Positions 8,853 through 19,243 of a stretch of 58,933 nt of DNA are shown here, piece after piece. The DNA is taken from positions 1 to 58,933 of the forward strand of contig DATMMA010000109.1 of NCBI GenBank assembly GCA_035570295.1, given 5' to 3'. The stretch's first letter is position 1; the number at the start of each line of letters is the position of its first letter. A program made the translations under genes and the position numbers. This DNA is from Streptosporangiaceae bacterium. GTDB taxonomy: Bacteria; Actinomycetota; Actinomycetes; Streptosporangiales; Streptosporangiaceae. The notes below the pieces were generated by a model. That model saw nothing but the letters and a program-made list of their open reading frames with translations, ran no database searches and had not been told where the DNA came from.

Positions 8853-10426
8853 TTACCGATGAGCGAGCCGCCCGACCGGCTTCCTGCGCGCTTGCGTGCC
8901 AGCCAGCTGCCACCAACGCGCCGGCCGGTCAGGAACGACAGCGGTGACCGCCTGCCGTAGCCGAAGCGCGGCTGTTTGCCGATCCGGGGCCTCGGTCCGC
9001 GCAGCGGGCTGCGGCCCGAGCCGCCGAGCATGCCCCCGCCGGGCGGGCCAGAAGCGCGCCGGCCGCTCGCTAGCCGCAGGCGGGGCGCGCCTGCGCGCCG
9101 TCGTGCCGTGCGGAACGTGCTGTGTTCCAGTACCCCGCCGGACACCAGCCCGTACGCACTCCCCAGTGAGCGGAGGCTGGAGCTACGGCGGAACCGCGGC
9201 GCCGCCGCGGACCGCCGGGCCGGGGCGGGAGCCGCGGTCTTGAACTTCACCTTCGGCACGACGCGGGGCACGCTGCGTGTCGTCAGAGCGGAGCGGCTGG
9301 TGCCCGTTCGCAGCCGGGGAGTCGCCGGGGCCGGCCGACTCGGCCGGGTGAGCGAAGCCGAGCCGAACGCCCGGCCCAGCGCACCATCGCCGCGGCGCCC
9401 GCCGAACCTGATCGGCGTACGGCCGCGTCCAGGTCCAGTGCTGGCCAAAGCTGTGGATCCGCTGTGCTGCCGGGTGGCTGAGCCGCCAGGCCGACCGCCC
9501 CGCGGCCGGAACTGCCGGCTCGCTCCCGCGAGCATGCCAGGATGCCGGCCCGGGCCGAAGCGCGGGCCTCCTCCCCTGCCGATAGCGCCGCTGCCGACGG
9601 AGTTGCCGATCGCGCCGTCGCCACGTCGGCCGCCGGCCAGCCGCAGGCTCGGCGGCGTACGTGACACGCGGCCGGCACTGCCCGGATGCCGCAGGCCTGA
9701 CGCCGAGCCGGCGACACCGCTTGCCGGGCGCAGGCGCGCGCGCGTCCGGCCGGACGGCTGCCGACCGTGATAGCGATCGTGGCCGCTGGTCAGCCAGCCA
9801 TCACCGGTCCTCGCAGCCGCGTGCACGAGCCGGGGGTGATGCCGGACTTGCTGGCGTTGCCGGCGCCTCTGGGCACGCTCCGAGCGCGTTGGCACGCCGG
9901 GCACGCCGCCCGCTGCCGCACCGGCGGCGAGTCCCTCCGCGAGCAGTGAGCCGACGACGACGACCAGGTACAGCACGAACGGGCAGAGAACGAGGTCGTA
10001 GCCGATCGTGGCAGGGAGTACGTCGCGGATCTCGGCAGTGGTGACTTGAGCAGGTTCGAGTACGAGTCCGAGCGCGGTGGACAGCGCCTCGGCCACGGCC
10101 ACCACGATCGCCATGAACACCGCCGACCACAGCGGCGACCTGCCCGCGATGCGGCCGAGCCGTCCGGCCGCCCAGCCCGCGAGGCAGAACACCAGCGCGT
10201 ACTGACCGACCAGCAGGCTGCCGGGCGGCGCCAGGTCCAGGCACAGGCCAGCCGCGAAACCGACGATGACGCCTGCCAGCGGGCCATCCGCCACAGCAAG
10301 CGCCGCGACCACGACGAGAACAACGTCGGGAACGCCGCCGCCTGGCAGCCGCAGCCCGTTCAGCACGGTGAGCTGCAGGACGATCGAGACGACAATGAGT
10401 ACCGGGGCGAGCCAGGCCTTGCGCAC
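8831..10426 (-). CDS. mreD: MreD with a long Arg/Gly/Ser/Pro-rich C-terminal extension
   Basis: The first roughly 165 aa are a multi-TM MreD-like core (LNGLRLPGGGVPDVVLVVVAALA...). The reading frame then continues for roughly 360 aa of basic low-complexity sequence. In the stretch I checked (9002-9050), third codon positions in this frame are almost all G/C, which supports real coding. Confidence 0.8.
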   Translation of the reverse strand: MRKAWLAPVLIVVSIVLQLTVLNGLRLPGGGVPDVVLVVVAALAVADGPLAGVIVGFAAGLCLDLAPPGSLLVGQYALVFCLAGWAAGRLGRIAGRSPLWSAVFMAIVVAVAEALSTALGLVLEPAQVTTAEIRDVLPATIGYDLVLCPFVLYLVVVVGSLLAEGLAAGAAAGGVPGVPTRSERAQRRRQRQQVRHHPRLVHAAARTGDGWLTSGHDRYHGRQPSGRTRARLRPASGVAGSASGLRHPGSAGRVSRTPPSLRLAGGRRGDGAIGNSVGSGAIGRGGGPRFGPGRHPGMLAGASRQFRPRGGRPGGSATRQHSGSTALASTGPGRGRTPIRFGGRRGDGALGRAFGSASLTRPSRPAPATPRLRTGTSRSALTTRSVPRVVPKVKFKTAAPAPARRSAAAPRFRRSSSLRSLGSAYGLVSGGVLEHSTFRTARRRAGAPRLRLASGRRASGPPGGGMLGGSGRSPLRGPRPRIGKQPRFGYGRRSPLSFLTGRRVGGSWLARKRAGSRSGGSLIGKWTGGAG

Positions 10427-10427
10427 G

Positions 10428-11366
10428 TCAGCCGCCCGGCCTCGTCGAAGGCGACGATCGGTTTCCGGCAGTACCCGGCCGGGCCGTCACCGTCACGGTG
10501 ACGGTCGGGCCCGGATGTGGCAGCGGGGGCAGCGCGGAGAAGCGGGGGTCGTGCTTGGGCGGCACGATGACGACGCCGACGATCCCGAGCGCGGTGTAAT
10601 CCACGAACGGGCGGACATCTGCTGCCTCAGTCAGCGCTCCGTTGACGTTGATCAGCTTGGTGATGACGCCGATCGGCACGCCCGGAACGAACGGCCGGTC
10701 GTGCTCAGATGCCGAGGTGACAAGCTCGTCGCCAGGTTTGAGCACTGCCGACGAGCTCAGCATCTGCAATCGCATGAGTCCGCTTCCGCTCGTGGTCACG
10801 CCAGGGCCGGTCACCGAGCCGAGCTGGCCGCTGGGCGCGACCGCGGCGCCGACGACCTGAGCCGGCGAGTCCGCCAGCCGGACCGTCGCGGTATTCGGGG
10901 TGACTGAAGTGACCTGACCGACCAGTCCGTCGCCGTTCAGCACCGTCTCGTCAGCCGTGACGCCGTTGCTGCTGCCCACGTCGATCGTGACAGTCTGCTG
11001 GTAGCCGGTGCCGACCGCGATGACGCTAGCTGCCAGCACCCGGTACTGCGCGGCACCTGCCAGCAACAGCAGCTTGCGCAACTGCTGCAAATCCGATTTG
11101 CTCAGCTGCTCGCCGCTCAGCTCCGCGCGCAGCTTGACCACCTGCTCCTGCAGGCTCTTCACCTGGCTCGCGGACGAGCTTCCGGCAGAGAAGAAGCGCG
11201 CCACCGCGCCGGTGCCATGCTCGGTTCCGCCAAATACATCGCCGGCGACGTTGCGGACGGCTCGCAGCACGGAGTTCGAGCCGTCAGAGTAGTCCAGCCC
11301 GATTAGCGCCAGCGCAACCACCAGCAACACGACGAGGACCACGCGGGTCCGTCGTGTGTCCCGCAC
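10428..11366 (-). CDS. mreC: Rod shape-determining protein MreC
   Basis: N-terminal TM, a coiled-coil region (LQEQVVKLRAELSGEQL) and a beta-rich C-terminal domain. Located between mreB and mreD. Confidence 0.9.
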   Translation of the reverse strand: MRDTRRTRVVLVVLLVVALALIGLDYSDGSNSVLRAVRNVAGDVFGGTEHGTGAVARFFSAGSSSASQVKSLQEQVVKLRAELSGEQLSKSDLQQLRKLLLLAGAAQYRVLAASVIAVGTGYQQTVTIDVGSSNGVTADETVLNGDGLVGQVTSVTPNTATVRLADSPAQVVGAAVAPSGQLGSVTGPGVTTSGSGLMRLQMLSSSAVLKPGDELVTSASEHDRPFVPGVPIGVITKLINVNGALTEAADVRPFVDYTALGIVGVVIVPPKHDPRFSALPPLPHPGPTVTVTVTARPGTAGNRSSPSTRPGG

Positions 11367-11435
11367 TCCGAATCACCTCGCCTGCGCCCGTCGCCTTCCT
11401 CCGCTGCCAGGTGGGGGCTGCGCCCCCAGACCCGG

Positions 11436-12467
11436 CTAGCGCCTGGATTCGGGCACCAGCACCTGCTGCAATGTGTCGAAGTCCTCCACGCACTTGCCGG
11501 TGCCAAGCGCAACCGAGTCAAGCGGATTGTCGGTGAGGTGGATCGGCATTCCGGTCTCTTCGCGCAGCCGCTCGTCCAGGCCCCGCAGCAGCGCGCCACC
11601 TCCGGTGAGCGCGATGCCCCGGTCCATGACGTCGCCGGCCAGCTCAGGCGGGCACTTGTCGAGGGTGGTCTTCACCGCGTCGACGATCACGGACAGCGGC
11701 TCCTCGATTGCCCGCCGGATCTCCTCGGCGGAGATCACGATGGTCTTCGGCAAGCCGCTGACCAGGTCCCGGCCGCGGATCTCGGCGTTCGGCTCGTCAT
11801 TCGACGGGTACGCCGAGCCAAGCGAGATCTTGATCTCCTCGGCGGTGCGCTCGCCGAGCATCAGCGAGTACTCCTTCTTGCCGAAGTTGATGATCGCCTG
11901 ATCGAGTTCATCGCCGCCGACCCGGATCGATTGTGACGTTACGATCCCGCCGAGCGAGATGACCGCCACCTCGGTAGTGCCGCCGCCGATGTCGACGACC
12001 ATGTTGCCAGTAGGCTCGTTGACCGGCAGGCCCGCTCCGATAGCCGCCGCCATCGGTTCCTCGATGATGTAGACGCGGCGCGCGCCCGCCTGGTGACCGG
12101 CTTCCTTTACCGCACTCTGCTCGACTCCGGTGATGCCGCTCGGCACCGCGATCACGATGCGCGGCTTGGCCAGGTGGCTGCGCCGATGCACTTTCTGGAT
12201 GAAGTACCGCAGCATCCGCTCGGTAACGTCGAAGTCGGCGATAACGCCGTCCTTGAGCGGCCGGACCGCGACGATGTTACCTGGCGTGCGGCCGATCATC
12301 CGTTTAGCTTCGACGCCGACCGCTACGATCTGGCCTGTATTGGTATTCAGCGCGACGACAGACGGCTCGTTCAGGACGATCCCGCGGCCGCGAACATACA
12401 CCAGTGTGTTCGCCGTACCGAGGTCGACAGCCATGTCGCGGCCCAGAAACGCCATCGCGTTGCTCAT
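11436..12467 (-). CDS. mreB: Rod shape-determining actin homologue MreB
   Basis: [47 protein letters not shown] and [16 protein letters not shown] at 12467 ([11 protein letters not shown]). A TTG at 12476 and an ATG at 12455 are alternatives. Confidence 0.95.
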   Translation of the reverse strand: MSNAMAFLGRDMAVDLGTANTLVYVRGRGIVLNEPSVVALNTNTGQIVAVGVEAKRMIGRTPGNIVAVRPLKDGVIADFDVTERMLRYFIQKVHRRSHLAKPRIVIAVPSGITGVEQSAVKEAGHQAGARRVYIIEEPMAAAIGAGLPVNEPTGNMVVDIGGGTTEVAVISLGGIVTSQSIRVGGDELDQAIINFGKKEYSLMLGERTAEEIKISLGSAYPSNDEPNAEIRGRDLVSGLPKTIVISAEEIRRAIEEPLSVIVDAVKTTLDKCPPELAGDVMDRGIALTGGGALLRGLDERLREETGMPIHLTDNPLDSVALGTGKCVEDFDTLQQVLVPESRR

Positions 12468-12858
12468 GGAGAACAAGCACCTTCCAGCCAGATCGCCAAG
12501 CTATTACTACATTGTCCCGTACTGCCGCGGCTGAGACACGCGTTCGCGCCAGCCGGGCGGTCCCGCCGCACGCCTGTCAGGGCCAGCAGCAGAACGACAG
12601 GTACCCGGTTGCCCGTCACGCAATCGGACCTGCACCGTTCTGCGAGGGACGATTCGCTCGATCCAACGCGCTGGTGCGGCCGATAGTGCCAGCGACAGGT
12701 AACAGGTTGGGTACGACCTGCGGTTACTGCTCTCAGTGACAGAAAACTAACGCTCAGCTATGTCAGCGGCGCGCGACTTAGCCACCAGTTCGACACCCTA
12801 CAGAGCGGTGCTCGTCGCCCTTGCGGCCGGGCAGCGCGGTTGGTCCGCGCTTTGGCTG

Positions 12859-13182
12859 TCAGTGACCTGTGGCGTGCTCTACGCGATATCCGAGCCAGAT
12901 ACCGATGGCCCACAACACCGCGAAAATGCCGCCGAGAAAATACATAACAGGCACGATCGAGCCGGACGCTACAGCGAACACTTGCAGCATGCTTCCGCCC
13001 ACCAGGGTGACGGGCAGCGCGCGACGCGCGAGCGCCGCGAAAATAACGGCCGCGACCGCGGCGATGCCGCCAGTCAGGGCCGCGGCGTGCGGCGCCAGGT
13101 GGTCAATCTGCACCGCGACCGGAATTGCGAGGCCGATGACGATGGCCTCCATGATCAGCACGGTCGCGCAGAGCCGCTTCAA
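12859..13182 (-). CDS. Small membrane protein, DUF4233-like (conserved partner downstream of folC in Actinobacteria)
   Basis: 107 aa with 3-4 TM segments. Its start overlaps the folC stop (ATGA). Its position matches my recollection of the actinobacterial valS-folC-DUF4233 arrangement. Confidence 0.7.
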   Translation of the reverse strand: MKRLCATVLIMEAIVIGLAIPVAVQIDHLAPHAAALTGGIAAVAAVIFAALARRALPVTLVGGSMLQVFAVASGSIVPVMYFLGGIFAVLWAIGIWLGYRVEHATGH

Positions 13183-14624
13183 TCGAATTCACCCGTTCGA
13201 CCGGGTCGCGTCGGGCGTGATTCAGCCGACCCGTGCACGTTCCCGGCCCGGTCAGAAAGCAGGACGCGGGCATCGCCGGCGGTAATCACCGAACCGGTAA
13301 TCAGCACACCCGCTTTTCCTGGCCCGCCCTCTGCCGCGGCGTCCGCCTCGTCGGCGAGGGAGACCCCCAGCTCGATCGCATCGTCCAGCCGCTCAGCAAG
13401 CGTGACCCGGTCTGGTCCGAACACCGTGACAGCCACATCGGCGAGCGCAGCCGGGGCCATGGAACGAGGCGAGGAGTTGGCAGTCACCACCAGATGCGCG
13501 ACTACTGGCTCGAGTTCGTCCAGGATGCCGGCTACATCCTTGTCCTCGGCTACCGCGATGATCGCGATGAGATCGGTGAAGCTGAAAGCCTCCGTCAGCG
13601 CGGTGACAGAGGCGGCCATGCCGCCAGGATTATGCGCGGCGTCGAGAATCACGACCGGGCTGCGCCGGACGACCTCGAGCCGGCCGGGAGAACTGATCGT
13701 GGCCACGGCCCGCCGCACGATATCTGGGTCGAGAGCCGACGGCTCGCCGTCGCCAAGTTCGGCCTCCGCCGGCGTGCGTGCGAATGCTTCCACGGCGGCG
13801 ATCGCGCACGCCAGGTTGCCAGCCTGGTGCGCGCCGAATAGCGGCAGGAACAGGTCCGGGTAATCGCCTAGCAGGCCGCGGATCTCCACCTGCTGGCCGC
13901 CAACGGCCAGTTCCCGGCCGATGACGCCGAACTCCAGCCCTTCCCTGGCCACTGTCGCGCCTACATCGGCGGCCCGGCGCAGCAGGACCTCGGCCGCGGG
14001 GGGCGGCTGCTGTGCGAGAACCGCGATGGCGCCCGGCTTGATGATGCCGGACTTGTCCGCAGCGATCTCAGCCACTGTGGCGCCCAGGTACCGGACGTGA
14101 TCCAGGGAGATCGGCGTCACCACCGCCACGACGCCGTCGGCGACGTTGGTGTTGTCCCAGGTGCCGCCCATGCCTACTTCCAGGACGCAGACGTCAACCG
14201 GCGCGTCGGCGAACACTGAGAACGCCATGCCGACCAGCACCTCGAAGAACGACAGCGGCACGTCGTGCGTGGCATCGACAAGATCGAGGTAGGGCTTGAG
14301 CTCGTCGTACGCCTCGACGAACCGCTCGGCGTCCAGCGGCTGCCCGTCAACGCAGATCCGCTCGCCGACGTACGACAGGTGCGGGCTGGTGAACAGGCCG
14401 GTCCGCAGGCCACGGGCCCGAAGCAGCGACTCGATCATGCGAGCCGTGGAGGTCTTGCCGTTGGTACCGGTGACGTGGATCACCGGGTAGGCGCGCTGCG
14501 GGTCGCCCAGCAGAGTCACCAGCGCGGTGATCCGCTCGAGCGAGGGATCGACGGAGTGCTCGGGCCTCCGGGCGAAGATCTGCTTCTCGATCTCGCGCAG
14601 CCGGTCGGCGTAGTTACCTGTCAT
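13179..14624 (-). CDS. folC: Bifunctional folylpolyglutamate synthase / dihydrofolate synthase
   Basis: Mur-ligase P-loop HVTGTNGKTST and LEVGMGGTWDNTNV. The ATG at 14624 (MTGNYADRLREIE) lies 7 nt after the valS stop. The 5' extension in the ORF track (to 14897) overlaps valS and is R/S-rich junk. Confidence 0.9.
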   Translation of the reverse strand: MTGNYADRLREIEKQIFARRPEHSVDPSLERITALVTLLGDPQRAYPVIHVTGTNGKTSTARMIESLLRARGLRTGLFTSPHLSYVGERICVDGQPLDAERFVEAYDELKPYLDLVDATHDVPLSFFEVLVGMAFSVFADAPVDVCVLEVGMGGTWDNTNVADGVVAVVTPISLDHVRYLGATVAEIAADKSGIIKPGAIAVLAQQPPPAAEVLLRRAADVGATVAREGLEFGVIGRELAVGGQQVEIRGLLGDYPDLFLPLFGAHQAGNLACAIAAVEAFARTPAEAELGDGEPSALDPDIVRRAVATISSPGRLEVVRRSPVVILDAAHNPGGMAASVTALTEAFSFTDLIAIIAVAEDKDVAGILDELEPVVAHLVVTANSSPRSMAPAALADVAVTVFGPDRVTLAERLDDAIELGVSLADEADAAAEGGPGKAGVLITGSVITAGDARVLLSDRAGNVHGSAESRPTRPGRTGEFD

Positions 14625-14631
14625 GCCGCGA

Positions 14632-17469
14632 TCAGGCCGGCCTCTCGCCGGAATCGTTCGGGGCATCAGCGGCGGCACCCGGCAGGGCGGCGATGCGCTC
14701 GGTAAGCCTTGCCACCTCCTGCTGCGCAGCCGCGAGCCTGGCGCGGTTCTTCGCGACCACCTCGGCCGGGGCGCGCTCGACGAAGGACGCGTTCGCCAGC
14801 TTCCGCTCCACGCCCTGGATCTCCGCCTCGGCCGCCGCCAGGTCCTTGGCCAGCCGCTTGCGCTCCGCCTCGACGTCGATGCGCGCCGCAGTATCAAGCT
14901 CGATCGTCACGTCCTCAGCGTGCAGCGTCGCCGTCGGCGAGAAGTCCGCGCCTGGCTCGGATAGCCGCAGCAGCGCCCGGATCCTGCTCTCATGATCTGC
15001 CAGCGAGGTAGTGGCGATACCGGTCAGCCGCGCCGGCACCTGCTGTCCGGGTCGCAAACCCTGGTCTGAACGGAACCTGCGGACCTCGGTCACCAGCCGC
15101 ATCAGCGCGGAGATCTCCGTCTCGGCCGCCGGGTCGGTCGGGAGCACCGGGAGCGATTCCGCCGCGCCGTCGGCCACCTGGCCCGGCCAGCGGGCGATGA
15201 CCACGGACTCGCGGCCGGTCAGCGCAGTCCACAGTTCCTCGGTGACGAACGGCAGCAGCGGGTGGATCAGGCGCAGCAGCCGGTCCAGCACTTCGCCGAG
15301 CACCCGGCGAGTGGCGTCGGCCGCGGTATCGCCCGGCCCGTTACCAGCCAGGCCGTTACCCGCCTGCACAGGGCCTGCCAGCCCTGCTGCGCCAGCAAGT
15401 GCTGGCTTGGCCAGCTCGAGATACCAGTCGCAGACCTCGTCCCAGGCGAAGTGGTACAGCGCATCGCATGCCTTGGCGAACTCGAACTGGTCGAATAGCG
15501 CGTCAACCTCGGCGGTCACCGCGGCCAGCCGGGACAGGATCCAGCGGTCCACCGCGGTCAGGCTGCTTGCTGGGGGCAGGCCCGCGCTGTCCGCCGCGGA
15601 ATCTGCCCCGACGCCATTGAGCTGCGCGAACCGGACGGCATTCCACAGCTTGTTGCAAAAGTTGCGCGCGCCCGCGACCCATTCCTCGCTGACCGCGACG
15701 TCGCCGCCGGGCGTCGCGCCGCGGGCCAGCGTGAAGCGCGTGGCATCCGCGCCGAACCGGTCGATCCAGTCCAGCGGGTCAACCGTGTTGCCTCGGGTCT
15801 TGGACATCTTCTTGCCGAACTGGTCCCGGACCAGGCCGTGCAGCGCTACCTGCCGGAACGGCACTGCGTCTTCCGGCTGTCTGTCGGACATCGCATACAA
15901 GCCGAAAAGCATCATCCTGGCAACCCAGAAAAACAGGATGTCGTAGCCAGTGACCAGCACGCTGGTGGGGTAGAAGGCGCGCAAGTCCGGAGTATCGTCC
16001 GGCCAGCCGAGTGTGGAGAACGGCCAGAGCCCTGAGGAGAACCAGGTGTCCAGCACGTCCGGGTCCTGCCGCCAGCCCTCGCCGGCCGGCGCGGCGTCGT
16101 CCGGCCCGACGCAAACCACCTCGCCGTTCGGGCCGTACCAGATCGGGATGCGGTGACCCCACCACAGCTGCCGGCTGATGCACCAGTCGTGCATGTCGTC
16201 GACCCAGTCGAAGTACCGCGCGGCCATCTCCTGCGGGTAGATCCTGACCCGGCCGTCCCGCACCGCATCACCGGCCGCCTTGGCCAGCGGCTCGACCTTC
16301 ACGAACCACTGCAATGAGAGCCTGGGCTCGACAGTGGTGCCACAGCGCGAGCAGTGTCCGACAGCGTGCAGGTACGGGCGGCGCTCGGCGACGACGCGGC
16401 CCTCAGCCCGCAACGCCGCGAGCACGGCGGGGCGCGCCTCGAACCGGTCAAGGCCCTGGAACGGGCCGCCGGCCGTAATCACGCCGCGCTCGTCCATGAT
16501 GACTAGGCTCGGCAGGTCGTGCCGGCGGCCGATCTCGAAGTCGTCCGGGTCATGGGCCGGGGTCACCTTTACCGCGCCAGTGCCGAACTCCGGATCCACG
16601 TGCGGGTCGGCCACAACCGGGATTCGCCGGCCGGTCAACGGCAGCTCGATCTGCTTGCCGACCAGGTGCGCGTACCGCGGATCATCCGGGTGCACCGCTA
16701 CTGCAGTGTCGCCCAGCATCGTCTCGACCCGTGTAGTCGCGACCACTATCTCGCCGTCGCCGTCGCCATACCGGATCGAGACCAGTTCGCCATCGTCGTC
16801 GGAGTGCTCGACCTCGATGTCGGACAACGCGGTCAGGCACCGCGGGCACCAGTTGATGATGCGCTCCGCCTGGTAGATCAGCCCGTCCGTATACAGCCGC
16901 TTGAACATCGTCTGCACCGCACGGGACAGCCCGGCGTCCATGGTGAACCGCTCGCGGCTCCAGTCCACGCTGTCACCGAGCCGTCGCATCTGGCCGAGGA
17001 TGCGACCGCCTGACTCTGCCTTCCATTGCCACACCCGGTCGACGAACGCCTCGCGGCCGAGATCATGCCGGGATAGCCCGTCTTTGGCGAGTTCGCGCTC
17101 CACTACGTTCTGAGTCGCGATGCCAGCATGATCCATACCCGGCAGCCAGAGCGTGTTATAGCCCTGCATCCGGCGCCGGCGCACCAGCGCATCGATCAGG
17201 GTGTGGTCCAGCGCATGTCCGATGTGCAGCGAACCGGTGACATTCGGCGGCGGGATGACGATCGTGAACGACGGCGCCGCCGCCTCAGCATCTGCCCGGA
17301 AGTACCCCGCTGCTACCCACGCCTCGTACCGGCGGGCCTCGACCTCGCCAGGGTTGTACTGCGCAGGTAGCTTCGTCGCTTCCGTTCCGGTGGTCACGTC
17401 AGCAGAGTCTAGTGCGAAGGGCGCGGTGGCCTCGGCCGGCGCTAGGCGGGCTGGCTCAGGTCGGCGCAT
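14632..17469 (-). CDS. valS: Valine--tRNA ligase
   Basis: Class I signatures [13 protein letters not shown] (HIGH) and KMSKTRGN (KMSKS), plus a C-terminal coiled coil. The start is either the ATG at 17469 or the GTG at 17397. Confidence 0.95.
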   Translation of the reverse strand: MRRPEPARLAPAEATAPFALDSADVTTGTEATKLPAQYNPGEVEARRYEAWVAAGYFRADAEAAAPSFTIVIPPPNVTGSLHIGHALDHTLIDALVRRRRMQGYNTLWLPGMDHAGIATQNVVERELAKDGLSRHDLGREAFVDRVWQWKAESGGRILGQMRRLGDSVDWSRERFTMDAGLSRAVQTMFKRLYTDGLIYQAERIINWCPRCLTALSDIEVEHSDDDGELVSIRYGDGDGEIVVATTRVETMLGDTAVAVHPDDPRYAHLVGKQIELPLTGRRIPVVADPHVDPEFGTGAVKVTPAHDPDDFEIGRRHDLPSLVIMDERGVITAGGPFQGLDRFEARPAVLAALRAEGRVVAERRPYLHAVGHCSRCGTTVEPRLSLQWFVKVEPLAKAAGDAVRDGRVRIYPQEMAARYFDWVDDMHDWCISRQLWWGHRIPIWYGPNGEVVCVGPDDAAPAGEGWRQDPDVLDTWFSSGLWPFSTLGWPDDTPDLRAFYPTSVLVTGYDILFFWVARMMLFGLYAMSDRQPEDAVPFRQVALHGLVRDQFGKKMSKTRGNTVDPLDWIDRFGADATRFTLARGATPGGDVAVSEEWVAGARNFCNKLWNAVRFAQLNGVGADSAADSAGLPPASSLTAVDRWILSRLAAVTAEVDALFDQFEFAKACDALYHFAWDEVCDWYLELAKPALAGAAGLAGPVQAGNGLAGNGPGDTAADATRRVLGEVLDRLLRLIHPLLPFVTEELWTALTGRESVVIARWPGQVADGAAESLPVLPTDPAAETEISALMRLVTEVRRFRSDQGLRPGQQVPARLTGIATTSLADHESRIRALLRLSEPGADFSPTATLHAEDVTIELDTAARIDVEAERKRLAKDLAAAEAEIQGVERKLANASFVERAPAEVVAKNRARLAAAQQEVARLTERIAALPGAAADAPNDSGERPA

Positions 17470-17512
17470 CCCCTCTAATCCGGCCCGAGGCAGCGAGGCG
17501 ACGCTAACCGTG

Positions 17513-17531
17513 GGCCACGTTTACGCCCGCT
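17513..17531. repeat. Left copy of a 19-bp perfect inverted repeat (GGCCACGTTTACGCCCGCT); degenerate extra copies at about 17569-17588 and 17641-17655
   Basis: Its exact reverse complement is at 20113-20131. The two copies bracket the MarR/ABC module. Partial direct copies are ATGGGCCACTGTTTTACGC and GTGTACGCCCGCTTC. Confidence 0.8.
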
Positions 17532-17692
17532 GCCGCGCCGGGCCGAGGCCACCGCTAGGTGAGAGCGTTATGGGCCACTGTTTTACGCATATTGCTCAAT
17601 TCCCGCCCGTTGCGGGGAGGCGTCGCGACCCGTCGCCCGCGTGTACGCCCGCTTCTTGACCCCGCTCGCCAGCACTCCGCGAACCGGGACGA

Positions 17693-17722
17693 CTGAGATA
17701 GCACAAATTTGTGTTATCTCAG
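17693..17722. promoter_or_regulatory. 30-bp near-perfect palindrome, candidate operator of the adjacent MarR-type regulator
   Basis: CTGAGATAGCACAAA/TTTGTGTTATCTCAG, with one mismatch between the 15-bp arms. It is AT-rich in a 70% GC context and ends 22 nt upstream of the regulator ATG (17745). Confidence 0.6.
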
Positions 17723-17744
17723 TTCTGTCTGTAATCTCTTACGC

Positions 17745-18248
17745 ATGCCGACTGATGCTGAGATCACGTTCGCGGACCACGCCGGCCGTCTCTATGCCCG
17801 CCGCTACGGCATGGCGCCAATGGTGGGCCGGCTGCTGGGCTACCTGGCCATCTGCGACCCGCGCGAGCAGAGCATCGCGGAGCTGGCCGAGGCGTTGCTG
17901 GCCAGCCGCAGCGCGATTGCCGGTGCGGTCAAGACCCTGGATCAGCTCGGCCTGATCCGGCGGTCACGGGCTGCGGGCGAGCGGATGGACCGCATCTGGA
18001 TCGACATGAGCAGTCCCCGGTCGACGGGCTTCGACGTGACCGAATACCAGGAGCAGGGCGATCTGGCCCGCGAAGGCCTGGCGCTGCTGGCCGGTGAGCC
18101 GCCCGAACGGCGGGCGGTGCTGCTGGAGTGGGCGGCGTTCGCCGACTTCCTGGTGGCGCGGCTGCCAGAGCTAGAGAAGGACTGGAAAGACCACCGCGAG
18201 TCGCTGCGCGCCGCCGGCGAACTCCCGGACGCCCCACCGCATCACTGA
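17745..18248 (+). CDS. MarR/GbsR-type winged-helix transcriptional regulator
   Basis: MPTDAEITFADHAGRLY...GRLLGYLAICDPREQSIAELAEALLASRSAIAGAVKTLDQLGLIRR is a wHTH core. It is followed directly by an ABC exporter pair. Confidence 0.75.
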   Translation: MPTDAEITFADHAGRLYARRYGMAPMVGRLLGYLAICDPREQSIAELAEALLASRSAIAGAVKTLDQLGLIRRSRAAGERMDRIWIDMSSPRSTGFDVTEYQEQGDLAREGLALLAGEPPERRAVLLEWAAFADFLVARLPELEKDWKDHRESLRAAGELPDAPPHH

Positions 18249-18262
18249 AAGCGAGGAAACCC

Positions 18263-19243
18263 GTGACGATCAGCCTGACCGCGCCGGCGATCAGCGCCCG
18301 CGCAGTGCGCAAATCCTACGGCGAGCACATAGTGCTCGACGGAGTCGACCTCACCGTCGCCAAAGGCACCATCTTCTCCCTGCTCGGGCCCAACGGTGCC
18401 GGGAAGACGACGATGGTGCGCATCCTCTCGACCCTGATCCCGGCCGACAGCGGCGACATCCGGGTCGGCGGGCACGACGTGGTCACCGATCCGGACGCGG
18501 TGCGTGCCCTGATCGGCGTCACCGGCCAGTTCTCAGCGGTAGACAACTATCTCACCGGCGAGGAGAACCTGCGCCTGATGGCCGACCTTCGCCACCTCGG
18601 CCGCCAGGCCGGACGGCGCCGGATCGCCGAGCTGCTCGAACGGTTCGACCTGACCGGCGCCGCGCGCAAGCCGCTATCGACCTACTCCGGCGGGATGCGG
18701 CGCAGGCTGGACCTGGCGATGACGCTGGTCGGCCACCCGTCAGTGATCTTTCTCGACGAGCCCACCACCGGGCTCGACCCGCGCAGCCGCCGCACCATGT
18801 GGCAGATCATCCGGGAGCTGGTCACCGACGGCGTGACGATCTTCCTCACCACCCAGTACCTCGACGAGGCCGACCATCTGGCGGACTACGTCGCGGTGCT
18901 GGATCACGGGCGGATCGTCGCCGAAGGCACCCCCGCCGAACTGAAGCGCCGCATCCCCGGCGGGCACATCCAGCTCCAGTTCGCCGAACTAGACGCCCTG
19001 CGCGCCGCGGTCAGCATGATCCCGAACGCCACCCCGGACGACGATCAGCTGGTTATGCAGGTCCCCGGCGACGGCAGCATCGCCTCGCTGCGCCGTGTGC
19101 TCGACGAGCTGGACGACGCCCGCATCACCGTCGAGCACCTGTCGATCCACACGCCTGATCTCGACGACGTGTTCTTCGCCGTCACCGGCCACTCCGCCAT
19201 CGAACCCGCCACCCGCCAAGAAGAGGAAGCCCTCCAGCCATGA
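18263..19243 (+). CDS. ABC transporter ATP-binding protein (DrrA/daunorubicin-resistance-like)
   Basis: Walker A GPNGAGKTT, signature YSGGMRRRL, Walker B VIFLDEPTTGLD. GTG at 18263, with GAGGAAA 5 nt upstream. The ORF track's earlier start overlaps the regulator. Confidence 0.9.
   Translation: MTISLTAPAISARAVRKSYGEHIVLDGVDLTVAKGTIFSLLGPNGAGKTTMVRILSTLIPADSGDIRVGGHDVVTDPDAVRALIGVTGQFSAVDNYLTGEENLRLMADLRHLGRQAGRRRIAELLERFDLTGAARKPLSTYSGGMRRRLDLAMTLVGHPSVIFLDEPTTGLDPRSRRTMWQIIRELVTDGVTIFLTTQYLDEADHLADYVAVLDHGRIVAEGTPAELKRRIPGGHIQLQFAELDALRAAVSMIPNATPDDDQLVMQVPGDGSIASLRRVLDELDDARITVEHLSIHTPDLDDVFFAVTGHSAIEPATRQEEEALQP

Noticed and set aside
8976-9770. A 264-aa plus-strand ORF opposite the MreD tail, which could have meant the tail is not coding
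   Set aside because: In the sampled stretch, third-position G/C is about 95% in the minus-strand MreD frame. The plus ORF is Arg/Pro-rich shadow. I kept the MreD extension as the coding interpretation and flagged it for verification.
14625-14897. An N-terminal extension of the folC ORF that reaches into valS
   Set aside because: The extension is R/S/W-rich junk overlapping the valS 3' end by 266 nt. An ATG at 14624, 7 nt after the valS stop, gives a normal FolC N-terminus.
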